From Botryllus schlosseri (lineage: Eukaryota): a stretch of 64,000 nucleotides of DNA. The translations under genes and the position numbers were made by a program. The notes below the pieces were generated by a model. The model searched no databases. It was not told the origin of the DNA and saw nothing but the letters and a program-made list of their open reading frames with translations. Numbering within the stretch: the stretch's first letter is position 1; every line of letters starts with the position of its first letter. Below, piece after piece: positions 1-13,900 of this stretch. The stretch is from positions 868,001 to 932,000 of the forward strand of contig CM119383.1 in assembly GCA_051294905.1 (NCBI GenBank), read 5' to 3'.

Positions 1-436
1 TGATCTCGTGTAATGCTGCAGGGACTTGCCTGCGTTCCTGTAGCAGTACGAATGGCTAACGGCAATAGGTATGCCTGGTCCGGCTACATAACTGGATGTT
101 TAGTTTGTGAGATTCAGTCCACAGACATTGCTCAATATACTAGAAGTATAAATCAAACGTTCGGGGTATAGTGGTTATAAATGAATAACTCAAGATGTTA
201 AGAGAATAATGCGTCTATTCCACTTGTAAATGAGATAGAATGACGCGAGATCATGCGTTAGGTAATTAGGTATTTTATGCCAGACAGACTTATGCAGGTG
301 CACGTGTCCTTTTTAGTATTTGTAGTTATAGTAGCACATTAAAAAAAAAAAAATGCTGCCAAACAACTAGAAAACACGTGCGTCATTTGTCGTGAATCGG
401 TGAATCGTGATGCCGGTGCTCTGAGGTATGCCTATT

Positions 437-1712
437 CAGGGCCGTAACAGCACTTCGTCAGTCCCCCCCCCCCCCAAAACGTTGGTCTTGGGCCCCCCAT
501 AGGGTGATAACCGGACTTCTGGGGGCTTCGCTCCCCAGACCCCCCTAGGCTCTACGCTATTTCGGCTACTTAGCACCTAGGTTAAGTGTGAGTAACATTG
601 TTTCGTCTATAGCCGAACGTAGCGCGAAAAAATGTATAATTAATGATAGAATCGGTCAATATGATCGAGAATTGCATGTATATTGCTATCAATTTTTATC
701 CTATCCCTGCTCACGTATTAAGATTTACCGGTAGAGCGGTGTGTTCGAAAATGTAGGACCACTCAATAATAATAATTAAACATATCCGGGCATATACCTG
801 TAGGAAGGAACGAAACAGCACTTCGTCAGGCCCAAAAAAACTTGGGTCTTGGGCTCCAACAGGGTGATAAACCGACTCTTCCCTCTCCATCACGTTGTCC
901 GCTTTTACCACGAAACTAGTTGTACTATTTAGTGAGCACGCGCGAGGCGCGAAAATTTTCAATGATTCATAATAAAATCGGGAATTGCATATATATTGCT
1001 ATCAATTTCTTGTCCTCCCTGCTCGCGTAATCAGATTTACCGGTAGAGCTGAGTGAGGTGTCTTGAAACTGTAAGGCCCGTACATAATAATTAAACATCT
1101 TCGGGTGGGCGAACCCAGTGGTATGACTTTGTTACATGATGTTATTTCGTGACCTCCGCAATATCAAAAAATGTAGAATCGCATAAACCTACTAAACTAT
1201 AACACGCACACGATTTTAAATTGGTATTCCTTAATTGGCATATAATTTTCCCGTGCGGGATGGTATTTGTCTTGTGAGGTTCAGATTGCCAAGACAGGAA
1301 CATGTGGCGCCAGTCATTTAGGCGCCTATGGACAATTAAACTTATGTGTCGGCATAAGCGCAGTACTTTTCGGCAAAGGTTTTCTCGCTGCCGATCGTTC
1401 TGGCGCACTTCTTGGAGTCGCATGTTACATTACCAAAAACTTTATATCTTAGTGCGTCATGGCGCGGTAATGGCCAACGCCGATATGCCCATTTCTATAA
1501 ATCTTGCGTATTTTTTCTTGGGTGAAGAGTACCCCAATAATCAAGATATTTGGCAACCAGAAATCGCGCAGGGCGCGAAAATTTTTTGAAACATCTGCAT
1601 AAATTTTCAAAAATACTCTATAATTGATGTTAATTCACGAAATAATTTTGGGCCCCCATCGAGCTCGCCCCCCCCCAATTGTGGGGTTTGGGGTGCGGCA
1701 GTTACGGTCCTG
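437..1712. mobile_element. Composite of CAGGGCCGTAAC-family repeats
   Basis: cagggccgtaac at 437 and gttacggtcctg ending at 1712. There is an internal duplication (~445-750 versus ~815-1060), and 1350-1712 matches 37064-37420. No TSD match. Confidence 0.55.
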
Positions 1713-1962
1713 AGTATGATGTTATTGTAACCATTTCTAGCTCAGGGCCGTCACTACTAACAGTGGCGTAGCCAGGAGCGGGTTTTGGGGTGGAAACCCA
1801 TCGCATTTCTAATTTGTACTGATGTGCACGTGAAAACGAATGTTGCTTCGGAATTTAATTTAATCAGGCCAATGTGTTTAGTTATAGTTGCGGACGCTAG
1901 TTGTAAAAATCATGTTAAAGTCTGATGTCAAGGTGCCGGAGCACCTATAACGCATCACCTAC

Positions 1963-4900
1963 CTTAGAGACGTTCATCTCCGCGAGCCTGTTCTGCATGA
2001 GGGTCGCCCTGTCCGCTGCGGTCGATTTCCTGGACAGATTTCTCGAGGGTTTTGTAAAAAACGCGGAGACGTCTTTAACTCTTTTCCATCTCTCGTCGTA
2101 ACCTCCTTTCACGGTGAGGAAAGTGTTGGCGGACGCCACTCTGCGGATGTCTTCAGGCATAGATGGGGGGTGCGCCGAAAGCTGAAAGTTCATTTTTCTG
2201 TTTCTCCGGCTTCCCAGGTAACGAAGTCTAAACGGCCCTCAAGATGACTGGAATACGATCTGAAATATCGACCTCGACTACCTACACGTGCCGTATTTAT
2301 TTTTGTCACACTTATTACTTTTCATCCAATGATCGTGCCTCTTATTTACGCGATCTAGGCCAGCGGCTCTCAACATTTTCTGAGGGGCTGGTTACATAGG
2401 GATGCCATATGTCCTCTTTTTTCAAGAAAACCGAATTGTTCTCTTTTTTTGGAATTCGCCCTTTTTATGACGCTGCTTGTTAGGCGAGTAACCCATAGGT
2501 TGTAATGTAATAGTAAATGATGCGAAGGTTGACTCAAAAAGGTCAACCAGACCTAAATTAGACGCGAGAAACGGTTTCTAGGTGCAGATTCGGAAAAATG
2601 ACCTTTTTTATATTTATTTTATCAACCTACAACCGATCACCAATTTTCTTAGAGATATCCAGTTTTAATGTCTGTTAATGTTGCTTGTCAAACGTGTGCT
2701 CCTTCACGGATATCTAAATATGGCAACCCTAGTTTAGATGTCCTGAGAGCTCTGTCTACAGAGTTGTGACGTGATATCTATGAATTATATTAACCTACAA
2801 AATCCATAACTAACGTCGTTAGTGTGAGTAATAAACAAAGCAACTTTTTGTCATGTCAGGTTGTAGGGGGCCGTGAGATAGCTGGAATATTTCCAAGGGA
2901 GCGTTGTCGATAGGATAGCAAAAATCGAATTCGGATTTCCTTCGAACGAAACCTAAGAGTCACATTTATTCAGCGGTTTTAACAGGACTTTCGTCTATCA
3001 TAACAAACTTCATGTCACCTCATGAGCTGTGCGCACGTTCCAAGCACGGCTCTGCCCGAACGTACCGACGTACCGGCCGTCCAGCGACCAGAGCCGGACG
3101 CTGCAATCCACGCACCCTGACGCCATCAGACCGAACCCGTCGATGAAAGCGATCGACGTGATCGCGCGCGTGTGGCCCCTGAACGAGCACTGCAGCTCCG
3201 GGGCCGTAGACTTGGGCAGGAACCGACGCGTGGGGACGAAGTCAGTTGGGAGGCCCGATGTTTCCTGAATGAATAAATCGAGTAAGAGTTGGGAAACTAT
3301 AAATAATTCTAGTTGTCTGATAACGGGTGATGCGGGTAATTGGATTATAATCTTATTTATGAAATGTTTCTATATGCTCTCACTTTAATTCCAATATAAT
3401 ATCTGCTTTCCTGAAAATGCTACTGCAGACTTATAGTACGAAAAGAGCTAAGCTTGGTGTACACTGTATACAGACATTTGCCGACCTCGTGCCTAGGAGT
3501 ATCAACTTTGGTTTCACAAGACCCGAACAGGTTTATTGTTGTATTCTTGCTAATGAGGAATTGAACTCAATTCCCAATTGTTTTCGAATTCTGTAAATCT
3601 TAGGGGAATAAGGGCGCAGCTGTATTTCTAATTCTAATCTAATTTGGGAAAGCTGGAAATTTTCTAGTTGTCCAAAATCGACCCACCTCCCTAGACTTTT
3701 GCGAATTTCGATGCCTCGTCACGTCCTCGCTGTCGCAATATCCTCTCAACCTCCAGATCTTGATCCTTCCGTTTCCGTCGCCCGTGATGAAGATGTGATC
3801 TCTGGAGTCGGTCGCCATGGCGGTCACCATCTCGCTATTCTGAGGAGAGAGAGGGAGTATTTACGGCTACAATATGATACAGAGCATATACACATGCATA
3901 ATACTCGGTATCGGTTAGGAATGACCGTCAGGAATGACGCGTGACGTGGAGGAAGAAATCATGCAAACTGACAAGTCACAGTTCTGAAATGAAGTTTCAG
4001 ATATAGAGACAGCTCACCTGAGTCCCGACAAAGTATCCTAAGAGCCCTCCCCGAGGATGAACCGACCACGCTGTGATCCAACCTTTGGCGCACGAAGCAA
4101 GAAGCGATGCCGAATTCTCACAAGTCGATCGTGTCTTGAAGTCGGAAGATTGCTGTTAGGCCTACTTATATATTCAAAGCTTAGGGCATGGGTTTCAAAT
4201 TCAACTTGAGTCGCGGGCCGGATTCAAACCTTCTGATCGCTCGCGGGCGGGACTAGTCAAATGATTCCAAATGTTATATCCCTTGATTTTCATTGGAATA
4301 TAAACTCCAATAATTTCTTCTCTTGTATCAGTTGGAATTTGCTATGTATCATTATATTAGACAAGTTGACAATTCCATGGTGTAGATCAGTGGTTCCAAA
4401 ACGCTTTTTGCTCGTGGCACGCTAGAAAAATTATAAAACGCACGCGGAATATTTACAAAAATGTGCATTTTTAGAAATACTAATAATTTGGTAACGCGAT
4501 GGTAACACTCATTTATACAAACATACATGCGACAGAAACATTTGCAGTCTTGATTATTTTTGGGAAATGTTTCTTATTAAATATCTCAACATTTGTCAGA
4601 AATGTGTCGTACAGTAGAATTATTTCGCTTCCGGTTCCGTAGGTTTGATACCCCGATGGTTTAAGGGGTAATTTACACTAACCTGCAAGAACAATACTTT
4701 ATAAACCGCGCGGTATGAGATCTTCATGTTCGGTTGGAACGAGTTTTGAGCCTCGGTCGCAGCGCGCGAAATGTCAAAGTCCACTTTAGCGCCTAAAGTG
4801 AGAATCAGAATGACACGGTGTGCGCCCAAGCCTCGCGGTGGCTCTCACAACGAAACCTCGGCGCAGGTAAGGTGTGTGTAGCCTGAGGCATGTTGCGATA

Positions 4901-7900
4901 CCCACCCAGGCTGATATTCTGCCAGGACTGATCTTCCCCCAGCCACGGCAGCGTCGTAGGTAGCCAGAAATCCGACAAGTTAAACGCCAGTTGACCTGAA
5001 TTGAGATAATGTTCTTACTAGAGTTATTTCAATCACAAGTTCGATGTAAGTTCTAGTTCAATGTAAGTTCAATGTAAGTCCTAGCGCAATGCAAGTTATT
5101 ACTTCAAGGAAGTTCAAGTTTAATCCAAGTTCGAGCTCAATACAGGTTTTACTACAATGTAACTTCTAGTTCAATTCAAATTGAAGTCATAGTTCAACGT
5201 AATTTAAAGTTTAAAGTAAGTTCCAGTTGAATATAAGTTATTGCTAATGGAAGTTCAAGTTTAATCCAAGTTCTAGTTCGACGCAAGTAAAACTGACCCG
5301 TACTAGTGACGTAGGTTTTGGTCGGGGTCCCAACGTGCACGGGCAGGAGGCTCTTGTACATATTGAAGGCGACGCTCACGATTCCTTTCTCCAACGACCA
5401 AACAAAGATGTCGCCGTCGTATGCCGCGGAAGCGAGCAAGTTGTCATTGCTGTCGAAACAGTAGTGACTTTGTAACCCTAGATCTAATCCTAAAATTCAA
5501 ATTAACCCCAAAACTAGCCCGCACCACAACCCGCACTACTAAATTGACCCTTACCAAAACCCTAACTCGCATGCTCCAGTGTCGCATAGATTGCAGTATT
5601 TGGTTGTATAAAGGTATTGCAGGCAGACTTCTAATTAGACTGATTAGAGGGAGCTACCCTTAATCTCAATGTAATTTAATCCTTGATATGTTTCTATGCT
5701 CTAATTTTAATTCCAATCTAATTTCTGGTTTTCTGAAAATGCTACAGGAGACCTTTATCGCGAGCAACGAGCCAAGAACTGCTTCATATTTATGGAAATG
5801 AAAAAACATTTCATATGAACTGTGCTTGATTTTGATGTAAATCCTGATTAAGAATTGAATTGAATTTTCCAGTTTATGCGAATTCAGTAATTCTAAATCG
5901 ATCTGGATAATTCTTAATTTCTAGTTGCTCAATTGTGATGCTACGCTCCCCAGGGACAGTTACGTCCAGAGGTGGTCAGTAACGAAGTACTTCTAATTTT
6001 TAGAGTACTTGAAGTAGATTTTGCCTACTCAAACTACTTTGTAAGTAGTTGTGATTTTAGACCACTTCTACTTCTACTTGACAGTTTTCAGCTTTGTAGG
6101 CAAAAGTAAGCGTAGAATACCTACTTACTTACTTGTGAACCACCACTCCTACTTCTACTTGAGTAGAACTTCCGGCGCTACTTCTACTTGAGTAGCGACG
6201 GTGACTACTTTGACCACCTCCAGTTACGTCACGTGTTCAATGCTCATATGTCCACGGAGCGTCAATATATTAAAATAGACTTACGGCACCATTGGCAGTG
6301 AGAAAAGTCAGTAGACGCATTACTTGTGATGATCCAAAGTCATGATATCGTCTTCGTGCTTGTGAAAGAGCGGGGCAGACGGAGCGTGCGCTTTCGAGTC
6401 GACGTGAATCATCGGGCTTCTGTTCCAGCCGGCAGTCACGACCTTGTGGTCGCAGAAAATCACGGAAGAGATCTCGAGATCGGCCTCGCTCTCTATGCGA
6501 CGAAGACACGCCCCGTTGTTGAAGTTCCAGATCAAGGTGGAGCCGTTCCGCATGCCTGTGAGATGGTCTTACTCACAAGTCACGAATCAAAGCGAGTGTA
6601 AATCGAGAATGAAATCGCGAAGCAAAACGAGTTCAAATCGTGAATCAAATCGCGAATTAATAAGAGTTAAACTCGAGAATCAAGATTAGTTCAAATCTAG
6701 TTCAAATCGTCTTGCCTGTTGCTAGACGACGCCATGTCGGATCGAACGCCATGGCGGTGATCTCTACCGACTCCTCTGCGCAAAACTGCATCGTTTTCTG
6801 CCCCGTCACCACGTCCCAGATGCACACCATCGAGTCGTCGCTACCAGTCACGATCTCAAGCGAACAGTCGACGTCGTCAAGACTGGGTCGTTGGGACGAA
6901 TCGCAAACTCACCAGGTGGAATAGTTTGTTGTACAAGACGCACGAAACCGACTTCTCGTGACTGGAAAGGAATCTGTCAAAGACCGGAGCATTCGTCCTG
7001 CCTTGCGAGCGAAAGATTCCCAGTCTGTTAATTCAAGAACTACGTGAGTTCAGGTTTGATGAAAGTTCAATGTAAGTTCTTGTTCAATGTTACTTCAAGT
7101 TCGATGTTAATTCAATTTCAATGCAAGTTTAATTCGATTCGTGACACCTGTTCGATCCGAGCACGAGTTCGCCTCTACTTTCGTTGAACAGAGCGCTCGT
7201 GATTCGTCGCCGTCCGAGGCGAACTTGTCGGCAGCTGATATTCTGCTTGCACGTGTAGTAGCGCAGCTCCCAGATCCGGATATTAGAGTCTTTGCTGATA
7301 CTGAGAATTAATTATTTCAAGACGGTGCCTGAGTGCCATGATGAGGCATTTATTAACAAGTATACACGCGAATATATCGCAAATTTAGTTAGATTTGTAC
7401 TATAGGAGCTCTCTACCTGGATGCCACGAAAAAATATGAAAACATTCATCATGTCCAAGTCTACTATACACTATAATACTACACTAAAATCTAAAAAAGA
7501 ATGGTATAGCGGAAAGCTACTTCTTGATCTCGTGTTTACTTTCTTCCCTCCACCATCAAACACGCAATTAAAACTTTGCCAGAGCAAAAACTAGCTAATT
7601 CATGTTATAATCTTATTTATTGTGAGTTGCAGTTATTTCATTTTATCATTCTTGCTGCTTAAACCAGTTTTTTAAATTAAAAGACCGTTTTTAAGTATCT
7701 TCTGAGGGCGGAAAAGATAGGATGGCGCATTCATGTTTTCAAAATTTTCAAAAGGGGCCACGGCGTAAAAAAGGTTGGAAACCCCTGATTCATGCAGACA
7801 GACAGCTGTTTTTATTCGCTCAAAGCAAGTTGTCAACTCTCGGCAAGGCCGCGCTCATCAAGTCAGCTGTATCAATGGTGTTTTGGCTGGACGATGATTC

Positions 7901-10900
7901 GGTGATGCACAATGCATAGCTGTCGGTTAATAAGGTTTAACGAAACAAATCAACAACAAAAAGATAGACGAAAGAAATGGTCATGGCACCAAGCAAAAAT
8001 TCACTATACACAGAACGATTCAAGCCTGCTTACTCCCCTGACCAATTCCAATGACCTGATGATCCCATTCTGTCAGTCCAGTTGCTTGACCGAAAGAAAT
8101 TCTCACCTGATCGCCTGTCGTTCTGAGCTTCTCACGAGTATTTGCGTCACGGCGGCCTGATGGCCTTTCAAGATCGCCAACGATCTGTGGACTATGAACG
8201 GGTTCCAGATTCTAACGTCGCAATCTCTGCCGCCCGTGATGATAAGACTCCATTCGGTGTCATACGTGACACAGAGAATGCTTTTGCAGACGCGGAAATA
8301 CGATTGTCTGTGGGGATAGTTTACCAACACTAAATTTGTGATTGTAGACATCTGCTGTAAGCCTGCAGCTACAGTTAATTTTATAACCAACCACGGGAGC
8401 CGGAGCCTATGGTCTCATACAGATCTCGCAATGGCTGCAAGAACATCACACAACAGAACACCATGATTCACTTCACATAAACGACAACATATGTTTTCAA
8501 ATTGTCCAGCAACTAAATAGAGCTCGGCTCAAAAACGGTGGTTAGTTGACCGTCAACTAACTCGGTTAGTAGTTTGTGCAAGTCTGCCCAGAAGTCTAAA
8601 TTCCATAATTAGCGCGAGGGAATATATATGGAGCGGGAATGTACCGGTGAATGCCTGGATAACACATTATTCAATAATCTCTTACCTTGTCACAGGCTTT
8701 TTGGTGTCTGTCAATTCCGTGATGTCGGTGAAGAGAAGCGAGTTTTCAGAAGATGAGCAACACGTCAGGACGCATTCTTGACCCTGAAGCGACGCGTAAT
8801 CGTTAGGCGTATGAAGCAGTAGTTTATAACCAGACTTGGACAATTAGCTAAATCTAGCTGGACTAATTAGATCGAAATACCGGTAATCTACTTCAAATCT
8901 AATTAGTGAAATGTTTCTACTCTCTCCTTTCATTCTCATCTAATTTCTGGTCCCAGGAGAACTGATTGATTGATTGTAATTTAGTTTGGAAAAAACTAAA
9001 GCTTTAATTATAATTCTAGTCTAATTTGTAAAAACTGTGTAGCTATAATAATTCTCATTTTAGTCTGATTTGTAAAAAATTATATAGCTATACTTCTAAT
9101 CATAGTCTTACTTGGAGTAAACAGTGTAGCTATAATTCCAATTCTAACTTAACTTGAAAAAAACTGTTAGCCATAATTACAATTCTACTCTATTTCGCAA
9201 TAAACTGTGTACTGTGTAGCTATAATTGTAATTCTAAACTAATGTGGAACACTGTACAGTAGGGGTCTTCAAAAATGACTTTTTCTCTCAAATCGTACTG
9301 GCTACTTGATAAAATCGTAAGGTTACCTAATTTAAGTCTACACAACAAATTTGGTTCAATTCCAACCAGTATCCGCATTGCTACATGAAAAGAAAGTTAC
9401 TATTTATTATTTAAAAATAAATAACAAAAAATTTGAAAATTTTCTTTTCACCCCATTCAAGTGTTAGGTTGTCTATAGAAACGATGTTCACCAAATTTGG
9501 TTCAATTCCAACAAGTGGAAGCGGAGTTACCGCCGTCGAAAAATTTGGATTTGTATAAAATAGTATTTACGGTGGGCACGAGTGTAATAAATATTTAAAG
9601 AATCGGTCACCGTTAATACTATTATATTCATAATCCAAATTTTTCGACGGCAATAACTCCGCTTCCACTGGTTGCAATTCGGCCAAATTTGGTGAACATC
9701 GTTACTACAGATAACCTAACACTTTCATGGGGTGAACAGAAAATATTCAAATTTTTTGTTATTTATTTTTATATAATAAATAGAAACTTTCTTCTCCCGT
9801 AGCAATGCGGCTACTGGTTGGAATTGAACCAAGTTTGGTGTGTAGGCTTAAATTAGGTAACTTAACAAGTCATTTTTGAAGACCCCTACTGTACAGCTCT
9901 AATTCTATAATCATAGTCTGATTTGGAATAAACAGTGTCGATATTATTCTAATTCTAGTCTAATTTGAAAAAAACTGTAGCCATAATTACAATTATAGTC
10001 TATTTCGCAATAAATTGTGCATGTGCACTGTGCATCTATAATTCTAATTCCATTCTAATTCGGAAAAGATTAAAATTTCTACTTGTACAACTACAATATA
10101 CCCACTTTTTTGCTCGAGAAGTATCGAGCCTGTTGGATCCAACCGTCATGCGCCTTTCTCAGTTTGAACACGTGAAAAAGCTCGGACTGCGTTTTCATCA
10201 GCTTGTCGATGGCGCACACGCCGTCCGGAAAGTTCGAGTTGGAGAAGAGGGCCACGGACGGATTGTCGTGGAAGCGAATAATGAATATGTTACCGCCCGT
10301 GTCGCCCCATAGCAGCACCGACTTTTGATAATCGCTTTGGTGGAACGAGTAGTCCATCGTGACGGCGCAAAAACGCAGACCTGCGAAACAGAAATTTCGC
10401 AGCTATTATCATAGCTAATTATAAATGATTCGTCAGAGGTAATCGTCAGCAACTAGTAGAGAATTGGAAAGAACATTGTATATCAACAATCGTATCATAA
10501 AATATGACGTCACCGGCATGAAATTTCGAAAATCAATTTCATATCTGGTCATAGCTCATTCTAAGAACGGAGTTGGACACCATTAAAACTTTCAGCTTTT
10601 TCAAATTAGAATAGAATTAGAATTATATATAGACATTTTTTCCAAAGTATAATAGAATTAGAATCACAACGAAAAATATGAACAGCTCATATCAAATCCT
10701 ATTCTACCTCATCGGCATGCGACCGGGAATATCTGTTCAGCAAACTTAGCCGTTACGCACTATTCAGTTCTCATGTAGCAGATAACTAGAATATAGATTA
10801 GAATTACCCTTTTAGTAAAGAAACACTGTACAGACTATATTAGAATTAGATTAGAGGTAATTCGTTCTAATTAGTCTATGTAGACAAAGACAACTATAAT

Positions 10901-13900
10901 TATCTGATTTAATCACTTTTAATCTGGAACTTCTTTTGCACAAAGTTGTTTGAGAACGAATAGAAATTGATCACGTAATCCGATCCCGAAATGGCGAACG
11001 TGTTGCAGTTCGCGAGGCAGACCATGTCCGTGAACCAGACTGATCTGGTGCCGCGTCTCAAATTGATCGTTTTTTGCAGGGCCCAGTCGAGGTTCCACAC
11101 GTTAAGGACTCCTTCTTCGGACAACGTCAGGTAGCGACTCGCTTCCTCGATATCTGCCGCGTGTAGGGACGATTGGCGAGTCGATAGGGCCTGCAAAGAT
11201 TGAAATTTCAACTACGGCTGGGAAGTCGAAGTTACAGAAATTGTGTAAAATCGAATAAAATGTTTTTACTTAATTAAATGTTACTAGAATGTTGTGCTTA
11301 CAGGAGTTACAAGTTTTTCACGTGTAGGCTTGACCTTCACAAACTTCATTTCTTTGTGCGTCCACAATATTTCAAATTCAACTAATTTGGTTCCCTTAGT
11401 AACATTAAAGCAGGGGTCGCCAACTCAAAACGGGTCACGGGCCACTTTTGAAATTTCGTAGCGGCCACGGGCCGCATGAATTCAATATCGATATAAAGTA
11501 GGCAACCACGTTTTAAAACTCTATGTCAGTACAACGCTGTGTTACCTAACATAGTCGATGGGCATAGTGATCACAAAAGAAGTAATATTTTATTAAAGGA
11601 ATAAAAATACAACAGATTACCACCGTCATCAATTTCATTTTATTTTGAACTCTGAGCTGTGCACGATGCCTTGAAACGCTTTTTGGGGCTAGCGATACGT
11701 TACTAGATGAAAGACCATCTCCACGTAAAGCTTGATCTTGTGAAGAAGCCCTAAGACAGTGGTTCTGAAACCTTTTTAGACATGTCCTGCTTTATGATAC
11801 TGAAAATTGTCGTCCCCCCTTATTGTCACATCACAAAATGCATCCATAGAGCTAGCAATCCGACGGATAGTTTGTTGGCATGGATGGTTATGAATGTTGA
11901 TGACAGAATTCTATAATATGAATTCGGGACTATACCCAGAGCAATAACTATAACTATGAACTCGAGGTAAATCGCGCGAAGCGCGAAAAATTTTTAGTTG
12001 ACTGCAGCTCCGCGCCCCCTTCAAATGCTTTCACGCCCCACAGTGTCAGCACCACTGCCCTAAGCCGTTTTCTAAGCGTCTCGGTCTTGGCAGTATTTCG
12101 ACCATTGCAGGTCAATTTCAGCATCTGCAAAATGTTTTCTTAGCTTTCTCCCGAAATCTCAAATCAAGTCGCGGGCCGCAAAATATGACATCGTGGGCCG
12201 CATGCGGCCCGCGGGCCGCGTGTTGGTGACCCCTGCATTAAAGGGACATTAAATATGATGTAGTCTCAAACTAAAAATAAAAACGGCCGGTGTTAATTTT
12301 TCTCCGAATTCTGCCTTTATTTAGAGATACCTCATATTTAGGCCGCAGTGGATCTCTAATAACTAATAATCTAATAGACGCATAATTTACATAGTAGATT
12401 TACTGGAATGTTGGAATCAGAAACGCAGTGGGAATTCTACGCAGAAAATATTAGTATAGTCAGTGTTTGAGTCACGTGTTTGAAATTCCAGGAGTTGGTA
12501 TACAAAAATGCACCGAGTTAGATTGAAGCTGCACCACAGCTGTACCTGCAGAAAAGCGATTCTGCGAATGGCCGTGATGTGGTTGGATCGTTTCTCCTCC
12601 ATCGGGCGAGTGAACGGGACGTCGTGGTCGCGCGACACCATATTTTGCTTCTCCTGATACTCGAGCAACATGTACGACAAGTATTCGTTCCAATCCACTG
12701 TTCCGTCACAGTCGTTGTCGACCTGCCACGAAAAGCAGAGTCGGACATTAGAAAGTTGTCAGTCTTACCAAATTAGATTAGAATTAAAATTATAGCTACA
12801 CAGTTTTTTTTTCAAATTAGGCTGGAATTAGAACTATGGATGAATTATTGAATCGTCGCATGAGGAATCAACGTAGCTTATCTCCATTTTTCTAAATTTT
12901 GAGAACCATTTTTCAAACTTATAGAAAATCAGGACTTTGTAAAATGTTTGTTCATTTCCTGCCATATCTTGGCCATGTTTATGTTTGTCACATTGTCTCA
13001 AAGTTCATCGTGGCCAAATGGGCGGGGAAACTTTGCATAAAATCAATTAAAATGAAAGCACAGAGACATTACATAAATTATATCAGATTAAATATCTTGC
13101 GATTTGCTCAAATCAGTCTAATTCAGCAACTACAATTATCTAGTTGTCCAAGTCTGCTCAACAGATATACTAGCCATACAGAAATTAGAGTGCAATTATA
13201 TAAAATGAGAGCAAGACTTGGATTAGATTAACATTACTGACGCCTTAATCAGTGTCATTGTCCACGTCTGGTGGAGAGTCATCGTCCTTAAATCCGACAT
13301 CTTTCTCGTAAGAATATTTCCTCACCTTCATGAACATCAGGTCCAGTTCTTTGTCGTCGATTTCCTCACCGATGGTTTTCTTCATAGCCACCCGGAACTC
13401 GCCCATCGTCAGACCTTCCGCGCCTTCCGACTCTGTAGTAAAATGATGGTTATGCCTTGTGCATTAACTTCGTCAGGAGCGCAATTTTATGCAATTTACG
13501 ACCGAACAAAGCCATAAACTTGAGGACAATTAAGCAACGCCTGTTTCTGATCAGGGCTGGCTGGAAAATTTTCAGCACTTCAAAATTAGATTAGAATTAT
13601 AGAATAACTCAACTCACCGAATATTGGAAATCGAATAAAAATCCGAACTAGACCGAAATACAGTCGACCCCGCTTAACTCGGACACAGGATAACCCGGGC
13701 ACCCGCTTTGATCGGCCACCAAAATGCTCAGGAATGGAACAAAAGTATAAATTGCACTTGAAAGTCCGGACAATCTTTCGCTTAAGTCAGACACAGGCTT
13801 ACAATTACTATCGTTAGGTTATGGGCACAAGGGCAAACTGCGTTCGTTTTGACACGATGGCGAGTAATTATACTGAAACAATAACGTCAGTAACAATCGA

